The translations under genes and the position numbers were made by a program. Shown here in pieces: positions 30,881 through 42,399 of a stretch of DNA of 64,000 nt (position 1 is the first letter of the stretch; the number at the start of each line of letters is the position of its first letter). This DNA comes from Eledone cirrhosa. Its lineage: Eukaryota. The stretch spans positions 299,584,001-299,648,000 of the forward strand of contig OZ024743.1 of NCBI GenBank assembly GCA_964016885.1, given 5' to 3'. A model generated the notes under the pieces. The model saw nothing but the letters and a program-made list of their open reading frames with translations. It did not search any database and had not been told where the DNA came from.

Positions 30881-30964
30881 TAAGCTCAAGCCGTTTCGAC
30901 GGCTAATTCTGGAATAAATGAACATTTTTATCCTGGTACATGAATAGCCGAGCTTCTCAGGGGG
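30878..30964 (-). ncRNA. Hammerhead-like element cut off just before its cleavage site
   Basis: cccc CUGAGAA gct cggcta-ttc...gaat-tagccg tc GAAA cggct-tgagctt-agcc then Tx1 sequence; the missing gtc-gggg is present in the 11391-11504 copy. Confidence 0.65.
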
Positions 30965-31554
30965 AAATTCCATATATGGTAAATGTGATTGTCACAAGGA
31001 TTGGTCAAAAGTTGGTTGTTGAGACACATAATTCTATCATGGCAATTTGTCGAAGGAAGGGATAGCTGAATCTGCCAGTAGAAGGGAGAGGGAGGGGAGG
31101 AAACCCACCAGTGCGTTGATAGTGCCAACCACAGCAGGATCCTAAGGGCAGGAGGTGAAGAAAGTATACTAGTGATGGGAGGAGGAGGAAGTAGAAACAG
31201 TAAGTAAATCTATATGGAGTAAATATATAGAAGAATAATAAGAATGTTAAAAATATAAAAAAACAATTTCTGGTTACTATTCCCTTACCACCATCATCAA
31301 GTCTCTCACTGGTACTGCTAAACTATAGAGAAGTTTACTAGGTGAGTTGGAATTGTAGTGAGAGAATTTTATGAGTTAGTAGTAATCAACCGAATCTATC
31401 TTACAGTGACGGGTCAACAAGTAGGGGGCCAAAATACTAAAGAAACTACTACGAAATAATAATTCAGAGTCCCGAAACTAATACGAGATAATAATTCAGA
31501 ATCCCGAAAAAGAATACTAATACTATATATAAGGGTGAGGCTCGAATACAAAAA

Positions 31555-31645
31555 TTGATATTCATTTCAACAAACTTTCCAGTTAACTAACATCAATGAC
31601 TGAGACTCAAAGAACAATGATAATAATAATAATAATAATAATAAT
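31555..31645 (+). mobile_element. 3' tip of R4/Dong-type LINE family A with (AAT)n tail
   Basis: caaactttccagttaactaacatcaatgactgagactcaaagaacaat(aat)n matches the 3' UTR at 49958-50020 and 47780-47840. Confidence 0.88.
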
Positions 31646-31927
31646 CATTTCTTTATTAACCACAAGGTTCACATATGCTTTCTTTATTAACCACAAGTGT
31701 TTACATAAAGTAGACATTAAGGACAGTGCAGGACAATACAGGACGTTACAAATGGGCCTTTCTGCGTGTAAAAAAACAAGAAACAGGGGATGTAATAATA
31801 GAACAATGAAAAAATTCCCTAATAGGAGGGAGACTTCCGAGGGACATCCGTGGAGAAAGCTCATTAAAAAGCTACAGTGACCCTGACCACCAGGGCAAGT
31901 GCCCTCTCCCAGTTTTCCACCTTTAAT

Positions 31928-34900
31928 TTACAGACACATACTCAGAGTAGGCCCATTCACTCGCGCCATTCTTGCCTCTCTCACCCATCTTTCAAATAAA
32001 TTCTGGGAAGAGAGCACTTCCCTATCTACCCTGATTTTCCTTTTTAAATGAAATTTGAAAAAGTTAATCAGGGCATCACCGAAGAAGTAAGTGCTCGTCT
32101 TCAGCCCTTTCAAACGTGTCCACCATACTATCTCTTTCGCCATGGCCACCAGACAGATAAAAACTGCCTGCCCTTCGCAGCTAAAGGAAGAGGGCGGGGC
32201 AATCCTCACGATGGACTCAGCTGATAGCTGGATCCGTCCTACACGCGACAGCAGGTGTTCCACATAAACCCACAAGTCAGCAATGCTCGGACACTGGACG
32301 AGTGCGTGCAGGACGGTTTCGTCACCCTGCGCGCATCTCGGACATGCCCGGCTGACGGCACCTCCATGCCTGTAGAGTTTAAACCGAACAGCAAAGCTCC
32401 TCGGTAGCACTGCGAGGCCAGGGATTTCTGGAAGTTGTCCATAGGCCCCGGGTCGAAAGTCCTTCCGAAGAGATTGGCTAGTTGATTTTCGTCGACGCTT
32501 AGAGTTTCTCCAAGTACGTCGTCGCTCTTCCCCTCCACTAATCCTCTGTAGAACGCCAAGGTGGAGTTTCCACCGATCACATTGCCCGATTGGTCGAGGG
32601 CTGTGAGCGCCTGAAGACATTCCGGTCTCCAAGCGCTCCCTCTCGGTCTTCGCTTGACCCAGGACTGCTGCTCCGTCAAGGATACGAGCTGGGGAAAGAC
32701 GTGTCTAGCAAACGGCCACCACACCTGATCACCGTCGAGGAAAAGGTGGAGATGTCGTAGCCTGAGCGCGTGTCTGCGCATCATCAGCCACGGCATGCCC
32801 AGCCCTCCATGTAGCGGGTGTTGACAAAAGATGGAACGCCTGACCATCGGAGCGCGTCCCTTCCACAAAAAAGCGAAAGAGCAAACGCTCCAGCGCAGTC
32901 AGGCGGGGCTGAGGACAAGGTACGACGGTCAGGTGGTAGTAGATGACGGACGCTATGTACGCCTTAGCCACCTCCGCTCGACCTTTCAGAGATGGTTTCC
33001 TCTCCGCCCATTTCTGGGTGAGAGGAGCCACCCTGCTCGTCACCTCGTCCCAGTTTTTGTCCGTCTGGAGGTCCGGGCCGAACCAGACCCCTAGCAATTT
33101 AACCGGTCTGTCCGTCCAGCGCCCGACGACGCTGTTGGACGGCATGGACCTGCCTCTCCAGGTGCCGAGCTGCAGGCCCACTGACTTTTCCTGTTTGATC
33201 ATTGCTCCTGTCACCGCTTCTTATTCTCTTAGTGTAGTGCCGATCGCCTCGACGGTGTTTGGCGTTCGGCACCACTACGGTGACATCGTTCGCATATGCT
33301 GACACGGATGTTCCGCATCCTAGTTCGCGCGGGACCCCCCCCCCCCCCTCAACGTCTCCAGTTTGTGCAGTAATGGCTCGAGAGTCAATACGTACAAGAG
33401 GGACGAGAGGGGACATCCTTGGCGGACCGAGCACATGATGTTGAACGGTTCCGAAAGAAGAGCGTTCACTCTCACTACAGAGCAGATGTCCCTGTGCATG
33501 GCAGCGATCCAACCTCTGAAGACCGGCCCAAAGCCAGCCGCCCTCAGGACTGCCGCTAGGTAACGATGGTCGACCCTATCGAAAGCTTTCGACTGATCTA
33601 AATTGATTAAGGACCCACCCGTGCCAGGTTCCCTAGCTACCCTCTCTACGATGTATCGCATGAGGTGGAGGTTGTCGTGGATGGATCTATCAGGAATGGC
33701 GCACGTCTGCGCCTCTCCCAGCAGACCATCAACGTCAAGCGCCAACCTCTTTGCTAGCACCTTGACCAAAATCTTGAACTCTGTTTTTAGCAGAGTTATG
33801 GGCCTGAAATTATCTATTTTATCCCCCTTGTTCGGATCCTTTCTCAGCAGCGCCACAGCTCCTCGGCTCACAGAGCCGGGAATTCTCCCGTTCTGTTGCC
33901 AGTTGCAGTAGACGTCCGCCAAGAAGCCTCCGAACAAGTCTGGCATCTGTACGTAAAGTTCATAGGACAGACCATAAAAACCAGACGATTTACCCCTTGT
34001 GCAGCCAGTCATTGCCTCCCGTACTTCAGCGGCTGTTATCGGCTTTTCGCAACACTCCGCCTCAGTGGCCGAGAGCCGCGGCAGTCCGTCGAGGTAGACA
34101 CTAAAATCCATCCCTCGATCCGGCCCGCCGCTGCCCCCGAACAACTGTGGGAAGTGTCGCTGAAAAGGTTCACACATTTGCCCGGGATCGAGTAGTATGC
34201 GCCCGTCGTGGCCCACCAAAGAGCGGATCGTGGCTTTGTTGCCACGACGCGCCTCCGCCACTCGGGGCCCATTAAACGGCTTTCGTCCCCTCGTGTCTGA
34301 GAGCACGCACCCTAGCTCTGATAACGCAGCCTTCGTGCTTTGCATTGAAGAATTGTTCAATGGCCAATTTCGCAGCAAGTACGTCGGTCGCGATGCCTTT
34401 ACTAAGCGCCTCGTCTAATTTTCTAACTAATTCTCCCTCTGCTCTATTTTTCTCTATTGCTAAAGCTTTACTAAACCTAATGGACTCTATTCTAGTTGCT
34501 CTTTTCAGAGCAAACCACCACTTGTTGTTGACGATGGCCCCCGTCAACGCCCGCTTAACTAGTTCGCTAATCCGGTCTCTGTAGACCTTGCGCGCTGGCT
34601 TCCAGTAGCCGGGTCCTCGTCTATGAAGCCTATCTAAGTCAAGCACACATATCACGAATTTGTAGTCCGTGTAGCTGACTATCTTGAATTGTGGATAGCC
34701 TATGCGAGGCCTATCTATTTCCCTACAAAATACTCTATCTAGATATGATCTGGATGACCCTATGCGGTTTGTTCAAGTCCACATTGGCGCATTCGGGAAA
34801 TCCAATCGGTACCTGTCAGACAGTTCAAAACGCCTGAGCAGGTTGGTGAGACTCTTGCACCCACCTCCCCTATCCGCTAATCCCACACAGTCCCAGCGTG

Positions 34901-35342
34901 CATCTAAGATCCCGTTCCAGTCGCCCACTAACAATAAAGAGGGGGACGTTCCAAGAAAGGTCTCCAGACGCCGGAAGAAATCAGGCCGCCCTGCTCCTGT
35001 CGGGGCATAAACGGCCACTAGCCTGAAAGCTTGCCCGTCTCCGCTGGTCACGTCCAGCACCACCAACTTACCTTCTGGGTCCAGGAAGATGGCCTGTATT
35101 GCGAGATCCAAACCTCTCCGAAAAAGCACAGCATTTTCCTCCCCCGATCCCGGACGGCTGGGAGATGCGTACACATTGTAGCCGCCGAAGATCGGTGCGA
35201 AGGCCCGTGCTTTGCAGATTCTGGTCTCGCTGATGGCCACTACATCTATGTTTAGTGACCTGAGGTCGTTGAGCAGCTGGTCCTGCTTCCATGACGACCC
35301 CAAGCCACGGGCATTTATGCTGTCTATTCTGAGTGAGGTCAT
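31928..35342 (-). pseudogene. Tx1 ORF2: APE endonuclease, RT and CCHC knuckle, frameshifted
   Basis: SINARGL, AISET, VYAPT, GDWN, NFRPITLL, LDQSKAFDRVDH, VRQGCPLSSLLY, SAYANDV, CPRC...ETVLHALVQC. Confidence 0.93.
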
Positions 35343-35376
35343 CTTGAAATGGAGTGGAAAAGATGGGAAAGACCAC

Positions 35377-37075
35377 TTACCTTACTTCTCTTAGAGGAAG
35401 GACGGTTTCTCCATCCTTTTCACTGCTTGTGGCTTCCTCAGGAAGGATGTCCTTATAAATCCTCCTGGATAGTGCTTGTCGGAAGTCTCCGATGTCTTTG
35501 GGGAATTTTTGTTTCAGTATCATGTACGTTTTCTGTGTGATGCAACTGATTTGTATGTGTGGAGGTGGTGTGAACTTTTGGGTTGTTGTGTAGTCTATTT
35601 CTGTGTTGCTGGTGTTGTGTTGGATGTAGTGTAATAATTGGTTGTTGTTCAAATTTAATGCTGTGTAGTGTGTATCGTTTTGGTTGTTTTGTTTTGTTTG
35701 TGTTTGTTGTGGGTTTGTTTCTGTTTCGCTTTTTGGGGACTTTTGTGGTGTAGGTGATGGTGGTGTTGGGGTTAATGATGGTGATGGTGTTGGTGTTTAG
35801 GGTGATGGGGATGGTGATGCTGGTGTGGATGGTGGTATATCTGTCCTAACTTTTTTGTTTGATAGTTTATTTGTTGCCTATGTATTTTGTTTTTGGAGGG
35901 GGAAGGAAGAGAATTGTTTTCTTTTTTGGTTTCTTTTTCTTTTTTTCTTTTTATCTTTTTTCCTGATACCGTTTTCCACTCCTCGTCGTCACAATTAGTC
36001 CCCTGTTGCGATAGGTCGGGAGGTGGGAGATCCTCCACAGGCGTTGGTTATGGTTGTGGCGTGGTGGATGGTGTAGGCGCTGGTGCTAGTTCTGGCGCGT
36101 AGTGTGGTGGTGGTTTTGGTTTTGCTAATTCTGCTGGGGTTGTTGCTGTTACAGTTGATTCTGTTGTTGCTGCTACAGTTGTTGCTGCCATTTCTGCTGC
36201 TGGTGGCGTTGATGGTTGAGTCACTGGGCTGGGTAAGAGTTGTGGCCTCAACCTTTTAGCCTGAGGGCAGAAATCCCTTAGGTGGGTTCCTTTACCACAA
36301 ACGACACACCTAGGCCTTCTGCCCTCGACGATTACGGTGAGGTGGCTGCCGTTAGTGAGGTCTATTACCTCTGGGATCTCCTCAATGCTTTTTTGGTCCA
36401 CTTGGATCAGGAGCTCCATCCCAGATCCGCACGAGTTCTCATGCTTTTCTTTCGCTATTTCGATTATCTTGGTGTTGGCTTCGATGCCGGCAAGAAAGGC
36501 AGCTATTAGCCAGGGAATTTCGATGGCCGGTGGAACGTGGGTCACCCTGTCCTTCCCGAGTCTCTGGCCATAATAGCTTGGGATGAGTGTGAAGTTGTCA
36601 CTTCTTAATGGGGCCATGGAGTGTTCTCTGGCTTCTTGTGGTGTTCCAAAGAACACGTCCACGGTTCCATATTACTGCCCACGTCTGATGTGGGTTTTTT
36701 TCCCACACATGTCCCAAAGATTTTTGGATTTGGGACTCGGATGCCCGTTCCACTCGGCGCGATTTTATGTTAATCGTCCGATAAGACACGGTGCATAGGC
36801 GCCGATGCTCCATTTTATTAGGTGGGGGAAGACCATGTACCCATCTTTCTTTACCATTCTCTTGGCTTCATCTAATTCCTCCTGAGTTACCTGGATTGCT
36901 TCGCACTTTTTTGCTACTCTGGCAAAAGACAGGGTGGTTTTCTTATTCTCGTCGTTGTTGTTGTTGTTGTTGTTATTGTTATTTTTATTATTGTTATTTT
37001 TAGTTTCAGTTGTGGTGGTGGTGGTGGCGTCAGTGGTGTCCGGTGTGGAAGAGTCCATTCTGGGTGAATCCATTT
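35377..37075 (-). pseudogene. Tx1 ORF1 (gag-like), frameshifted
   Basis: SFARVA near the N-terminus, CVVCGKGTHLRDFC CX2CX4HX4C knuckle, P/T/A-rich linker and WKTVSGKK basic patch, directly upstream of ORF2. Confidence 0.8.
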
Positions 37076-37506
37076 CGATGTCACGAGTTAATTAATTTTT
37101 TTCTTTTGTTTCTGTTGTCGCTGTGGTAGTGGCGGCTTCAACACCTGCAGTCATTGGTAATGGCGGGAATTGAATGTCTGCATGAGACAAATTTAAATTA
37201 TAGCTACTGCTTATATTTTTAGTGTTGGCAAACATAGTAATATTTACAATGGTGTTGTCGGTGTGAGGTGTTAGTTTGTGAGACGTCTATGATTTTTTCA
37301 AAGAAATGTTTTTGTTTGATAATTATAAAAGTTTAAATTTCGGGCTCAAGGCCCCAATCTTTTTGAGTGTCCTTTTCCTAAAGCAAATTTTCTGACCTTA
37401 TAAATAGTTAAAAACAAAAATTTTCCATAAATGGCAATTTTAAACAAACGAAAGCAACAAACCTTTGCGGAGCTCACGATAATACGATTTCCTAGGGTAG
37501 GTCGCA

Positions 37507-37544
<38 letters not shown>

Positions 37545-37987
37545 GAGGGTATGCCTGCTAATTGATACGTCCGTTGCAATAGCAAAGAATGTATCTATAA
37601 AAACATAAAACAAATTGAGCAAGTATAAAGTCCTGGAGATAAAAATTGAAAAATGTGGAAGTTGGGAACTAAAACAATACCAGTGGTTGTAGGCGCTCTA
37701 GGAATGATACCTGAGGGGTCTAATGATTACTTATCCCAAATCCCAGGAAACCCGCGTATAGAAGAAATTCAAAAGATAGTACTAATGGGAACTGCCCATA
37801 TACTAAGGAAGATTCTGTCAATATAAGTACATCACAGGTCTAAACACCTAAAGATGAATGTATGTGTATGTATGTTCTTTCTTGAACATGGCGGACCTTG
37901 TTGTCTCTTGAGGTCACTGGTTGTGACTTGGTGATCACTTGTATGGACATAAAGGAAGATAAATGCAACTGTAATAATAATAATAAT
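37545..37987 (+). mobile_element. 5'-truncated R4/Dong-type LINE (RLE domain and 3' UTR) between AAT tracts
   Basis: CLLIDTSV, KLSKYK, TIPVVVGALGMI, EIQKIVLMGTAHILRKILSI*; (TAA)n tail. Confidence 0.85.
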
Positions 37988-37990
37988 GAT

Positions 37991-38087
37991 GATTTATTTA
38001 TTGGCCACAAGGGCTGACATTAAGAAAAACATTACAGACGGCACAGGACGGTACAGGACGGTACGATGTGGTTTTGTGCGTGTAAAG
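37991..38087 (-). mobile_element. 3' tip of a Tx1-type LINE in an AAT tract
   Basis: tttattggccacaag...cacaggacggtacaggacg...tgcgtgtaaa is similar to 31679-31772. Confidence 0.7.
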
Positions 38088-38122
38088 ATTTTTATTATTT
38101 ATATAATAATAATAATAATAAT

Positions 38123-38272
38123 AATTGTTTCTATTTTTTGGCACAAGGCCAGCATTACTAGTACTTTATTTTATCAACCCCGTAAGGGTGAAAGGCAAAG
38201 TTGACCTCGGTAGGATTTGAACTCAGACCACAAAAGGACGTAACACTATGCTGCAAAGCATGGCGTCCGACC
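38123..38272 (-). mobile_element. S1 SINE adjoining an (AAT)n tract
   Basis: S1 3' end, central domain and B box. Confidence 0.88.
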
Positions 38273-38299
38273 AATGAACTCACATTAAAAAAAACATTA

Positions 38300-41200
38300 A
38301 AGACAGCACAAAAATGATGAAAGTGGTGTTCGTGCAACCTTACATTCAGTAATTCTCGATATTAGTGTTTTAATATCGAACTTAAACAGTTCGAATAACG
38401 GTTTAAAGTGGGCTGGAACTTCATATGAAAGACCCTTACCCAGAAAGTGCTTCCTGGCCGAGAAACTGGGACCTGGCTGTCATCCAAATAATGCTGGTCT
38501 TGGGGGAATATGAAGGAATGGGGCAAGAACGAAAGAATTGAATAGAACTGTCATGAAATGTTACCTGGAGAGTGATGCCATGGAAAGAAAAGGCTATAGG
38601 AAACAGACGCATACATTCTGGAATGTGATTGGTCCATTTAAATAAGGTAACAAACATTTTTTAGGAGGAAGGGTCAGGCTCGTGTAATAATAAGAACTAA
38701 TAAATAGATAAGCGTGTTGGAACTGATGAACCTAATATTTGTAGACAGGAATAAGTTAAAAGAAACGACAGCTAAAGTTAACAGGGTCGTCTCTTACCTT
38801 GAAACGAATTCAAGTACATCCTCAAAGCAACTCAAATGTAGTGGAAAAATTACTTGGTGTAAAAACGAAAGGAAACAACAAACAAGAAAGAATTGAGCCT
38901 TAAGGAAGAAACGACTGAATGGTCAAATCAAGGAACTGAGAAAGACATTGGAAAGCTTGAGTCTTTACTAAATGTGACATTACAAAACAAACACTAAAGA
39001 TAGATTGAAAATAAAATACAACACTAAGGGAAAAGAGCTAAATGTTATCACAGAGAAATTCAAGCAACGCATTGTAGCAACATATGAGAATAGAATTAGT
39101 CAGTACAGATAGAACTGCATGTTTGACGACAACCAGATGTTCTTTGAACAGCTTGAAGGGAAAGAAAGAGACAACGAGGTGATCCCTGAAGCTGAACAGA
39201 CTTTGGTATTTTGGAGTGCAATATCAGAGCAGGTGTTGAACATAATAGCCAGGCAGTGTGGAGTGAGTCAGTTATAAGGACATTAATGAACAAACACACC
39301 AACAAACTGATTCGAGTATCACAGTTGAAACATAAAAACCAGACCAATAAACTAACCAACTGGAAATCACTAAAACTGACAGCCATGTTCAATGACTGCT
39401 TGGTGTCCGGTGAAGTACCAGAGTGGTTGACTAAAGGTACCACAGTTCTGGTAATGAAAGACCGAACAAGGGTAATGACTTTAGCAACTATAGGCCTATC
39501 ACATGTCTGTCGGTAATGTGGAAACTGCTAACAAGCATTGTATCTGAGGAAATCTACTATCACCTCAAAATAAACAACTTATTGCCGCACGAACGGAAAG
39601 GATGCCGAAAGAAGTCCCGTTGTACAAAAGAACAGTTACTTATTGATAAGACGGTAATAAGGAATTGCAAGAGGAGGCATACTGGTCTCGTCATAGGATG
39701 GATACATTACAAGAAGGCATTGGACATGGTTCCTCATTCTTGGATAACCAAAAGCCTAGAGATCTTCAAGGTGGCAGACAATATCAGGCAGCTATTAAGT
39801 AAAAGTATGAAGTCCTGGGAAACAGTTAACATCAGGTGGAGAATGCTTGGGAGGCGATCAAGAGAGGTATCTTCCATGGAGATAGTTTGCCCCCTTTGTA
39901 GTTTGTCCCTACCCTCATACTCTTGTCCCTCATATTGTAAAAAGTGAAAGCAGGATACAAGATGGGAAGAGGAGAACTAACCATCAATCACCTCCTTTTC
40001 ATGGACGATCTAAAATTATTTATGAAAAACGAGAAAGAATTGGATGTACTTGTTAATACTGTCCGTATTTTCAGGAATGATATATGTATGGAATTTGGTG
40101 TCAATAAGTGTGGAGTCCTAGTGATGAAGACGGGGTAAATTGAACAGAAGCAGAGGAATCCAGGCACCAACAGGTGAGATGATAAATGAAATTGACACTG
40201 AAGAGGGATACAAATATTTAGGTGTCCTGGAGGCTGATGACATCCAGAACAGAAAAATGAAGGAATTGATAAGATATGAATACATAAGGAGAGTAAGGAA
40301 CATACTAAAATCACATCTAAATAGTAGGATGTCATAAGAGCAGTACATTCCCGAGCTGTGTCTATTATTAGGTACAGTGCGGGCATTCTGAAATGGAATG
40401 TTGCTGAACAAAAAGAAATGGATAGAAAGACTAGGGGAGCTAATGACTTATTCCAGCATATTCCAAAAGAGGAGTGGTGTTGATAGACTCTACTTAAAGA
40501 GGTCTGAAGGTGGAAGATGTCTTATCAGCATAGATGACTGTGTTCAGATGGAGAAAAGCAGTCTGCACAAATGCGTATCTGAGAGTAGGGAGCCAATGTT
40601 TAAAGTTGTACTGAAAGAGAAGACATGGGGTTGTCCTAGGAGGAAGTAACAACAAAGAGGGTGAGCAACATTAATGTAAAATCCCTCAGTAGGATCTGTG
40701 GAGAGAGGAGACTGTGGCTCACATCATATCCGAATGTACACACCCTGCCCAGGCTCACTATAACGGCTGGAGGCATGACATAATAGGAAAGGTGATTCAT
40801 CGGCATTTATGCAAACTAAATGATTTACCACATTCTGAGAAGTGGTATCAACATACGCCAGAGTCGGTGATCGAAAACAATCAAGACAGACAGGAAATTA
40901 GAACGCATTAGGCCTGACCTGGTCGTGTTTGACCAGGAAAAAAGATGGAGCCTGATTGTAGATGTAGCCTGCCCATTTGACCCCAGAGTGGAAGACAAGG
41001 AAAGGGAGAAAATTAACCGATACAAAGATTTAAATTGGGAATTAAAAGGTTTTGGGTCTATCATAAGATGACGGTCATTCCGATTGTACTAGGAGCACTA
41101 GTTACTATCTCGAAGGGTTATCAAGGAAGGTGAAAGAACATTAGTCCAGCCCCATTTTTGAACACTTCAAAAGACAGGCTTGCTTGAAACAGCGATAAAC

Positions 41201-41337
41201 CTCCGATACGTCCTGATATCTGCGGCTGCAGGTAGCGGCTTCATGTTCATTAGAACAAACTTTCCAGTTAAATAACATTAATGACTGAGACTGCAACAAC
41301 AAAAACAACAATAATAATAATAATAATAATAATAATC
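38300..41337 (+). mobile_element. Decayed near-full-length R4/Dong-type LINE family A
   Basis: Colinear with 49931-53725 (reverse); [43 protein letters not shown]; (AAT)n tail at ~41310-41336. Confidence 0.92.
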
Positions 41338-41363
41338 ATCATGCAAACTAAATATATATATAC

Positions 41364-41973
41364 ATGGTGGCTGTCAACTCGTTTTCGAGTACGGCCACTA
41401 CTTTATATCCATGTAGGAGAACCCCTACCGATGCGCTGAACGAGTTTCGCTTTTTAGTCCAGCCAGCGACTTGAAAACTCTGGTACAAACACTACACTTA
41501 TGACAATTATTGACAATAGTGCTGGGCCCATGGTACCATGTGATGAAAGGTGCAGAGAGATCTCCAGATATAAAGCAATGCCTGTGCCGTGAAGCTTTTA
41601 TAGTGAACAAAGGCACTGCAGAAAGCCAGTCCCACTCTCTTAACCAAGATGATATTTACCAAAAAGAAGAACAAGTCAACATCATTGGATACCGTCAGGG
41701 TTGCAGGTGTTATATCAGAGTTTTCCTTCTCCTAGAATTTTGCCTTGACGAAGGCTAAGGGGTCATCTCTCCCGGTGATTTTGGATGGCCATTGACTCTT
41801 AAGAGCTCTTTTGCCCTTTGACAGGTTTTGTTTTTAGTCCTGCAGGATGTCCAAAGTCACCCTCCTCACGAAGAAACCTTGGTGGGTTTGCCAGTTTAGT
41901 CGCCAACGACCCGACCATGAGACAGGTTGTACTGGGATACATATTACCAGTAGCACCATCTGGTGACCTGACA
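41364..41973 (-). mobile_element. ~610-bp non-autonomous RTE-derived retroposon in TA/TATG repeats (family R1)
   Basis: Highly similar to 60536-61146 (reverse); contains ctaggagaaggaaaactctga and CSVCTRVFKSLAGLKS..RSAHR* followed by a 3' hairpin. Confidence 0.85.
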
Positions 41974-41978
41974 TACAT

Positions 41979-42038
<60 letters not shown>

Positions 42039-42399
42039 TACGTACTTCATAAAAGTATTTCCATAGTTGTAAGGGCACTCAAACTGTGCAATGTATTTGT
42101 GGTATATATATATATATGTATTACATAAATCATGGTGGCGTTTATTTACAATTGTTTCGCAAAGCCACTGATTCAGATATGACATGGAACAGATTTTAGC
42201 ACTTCGTCTTATCTTAATGTCCTCCCTTCTAATAAATGTTAATGGCTTTTCTAAAAGAGAAGAATGTGTAAGGAACACAGTTACTGAGTTTAAATAAAAA
42301 CCAACAATGCATGCAATTCGGTAGTTGACAAGTGAGATACATGAAGATTGTCTTGGGAAAATTAAAAGGAGAAAAGTTGACATACTGTTGTCAATGAAC

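Larger units (their letters stand above)
31646..37506 (-). mobile_element. Full-length Tx1-type LINE (ORF1 + ORF2), inactivated, with (AAT)n on both sides
   Basis: ORF1 and ORF2 remnants; AATAAA-containing 3' end with a 19-bp duplication (31648-31666 / 31679-31697); AAT tracts at ~31620-31645 and 37507-37544. Confidence 0.93.

Noticed and set aside
31450-31510. Repeat-spacer-repeat pattern resembling CRISPR
   Set aside because: Only two units, spacer of a few bases, eukaryotic context and no cas genes.
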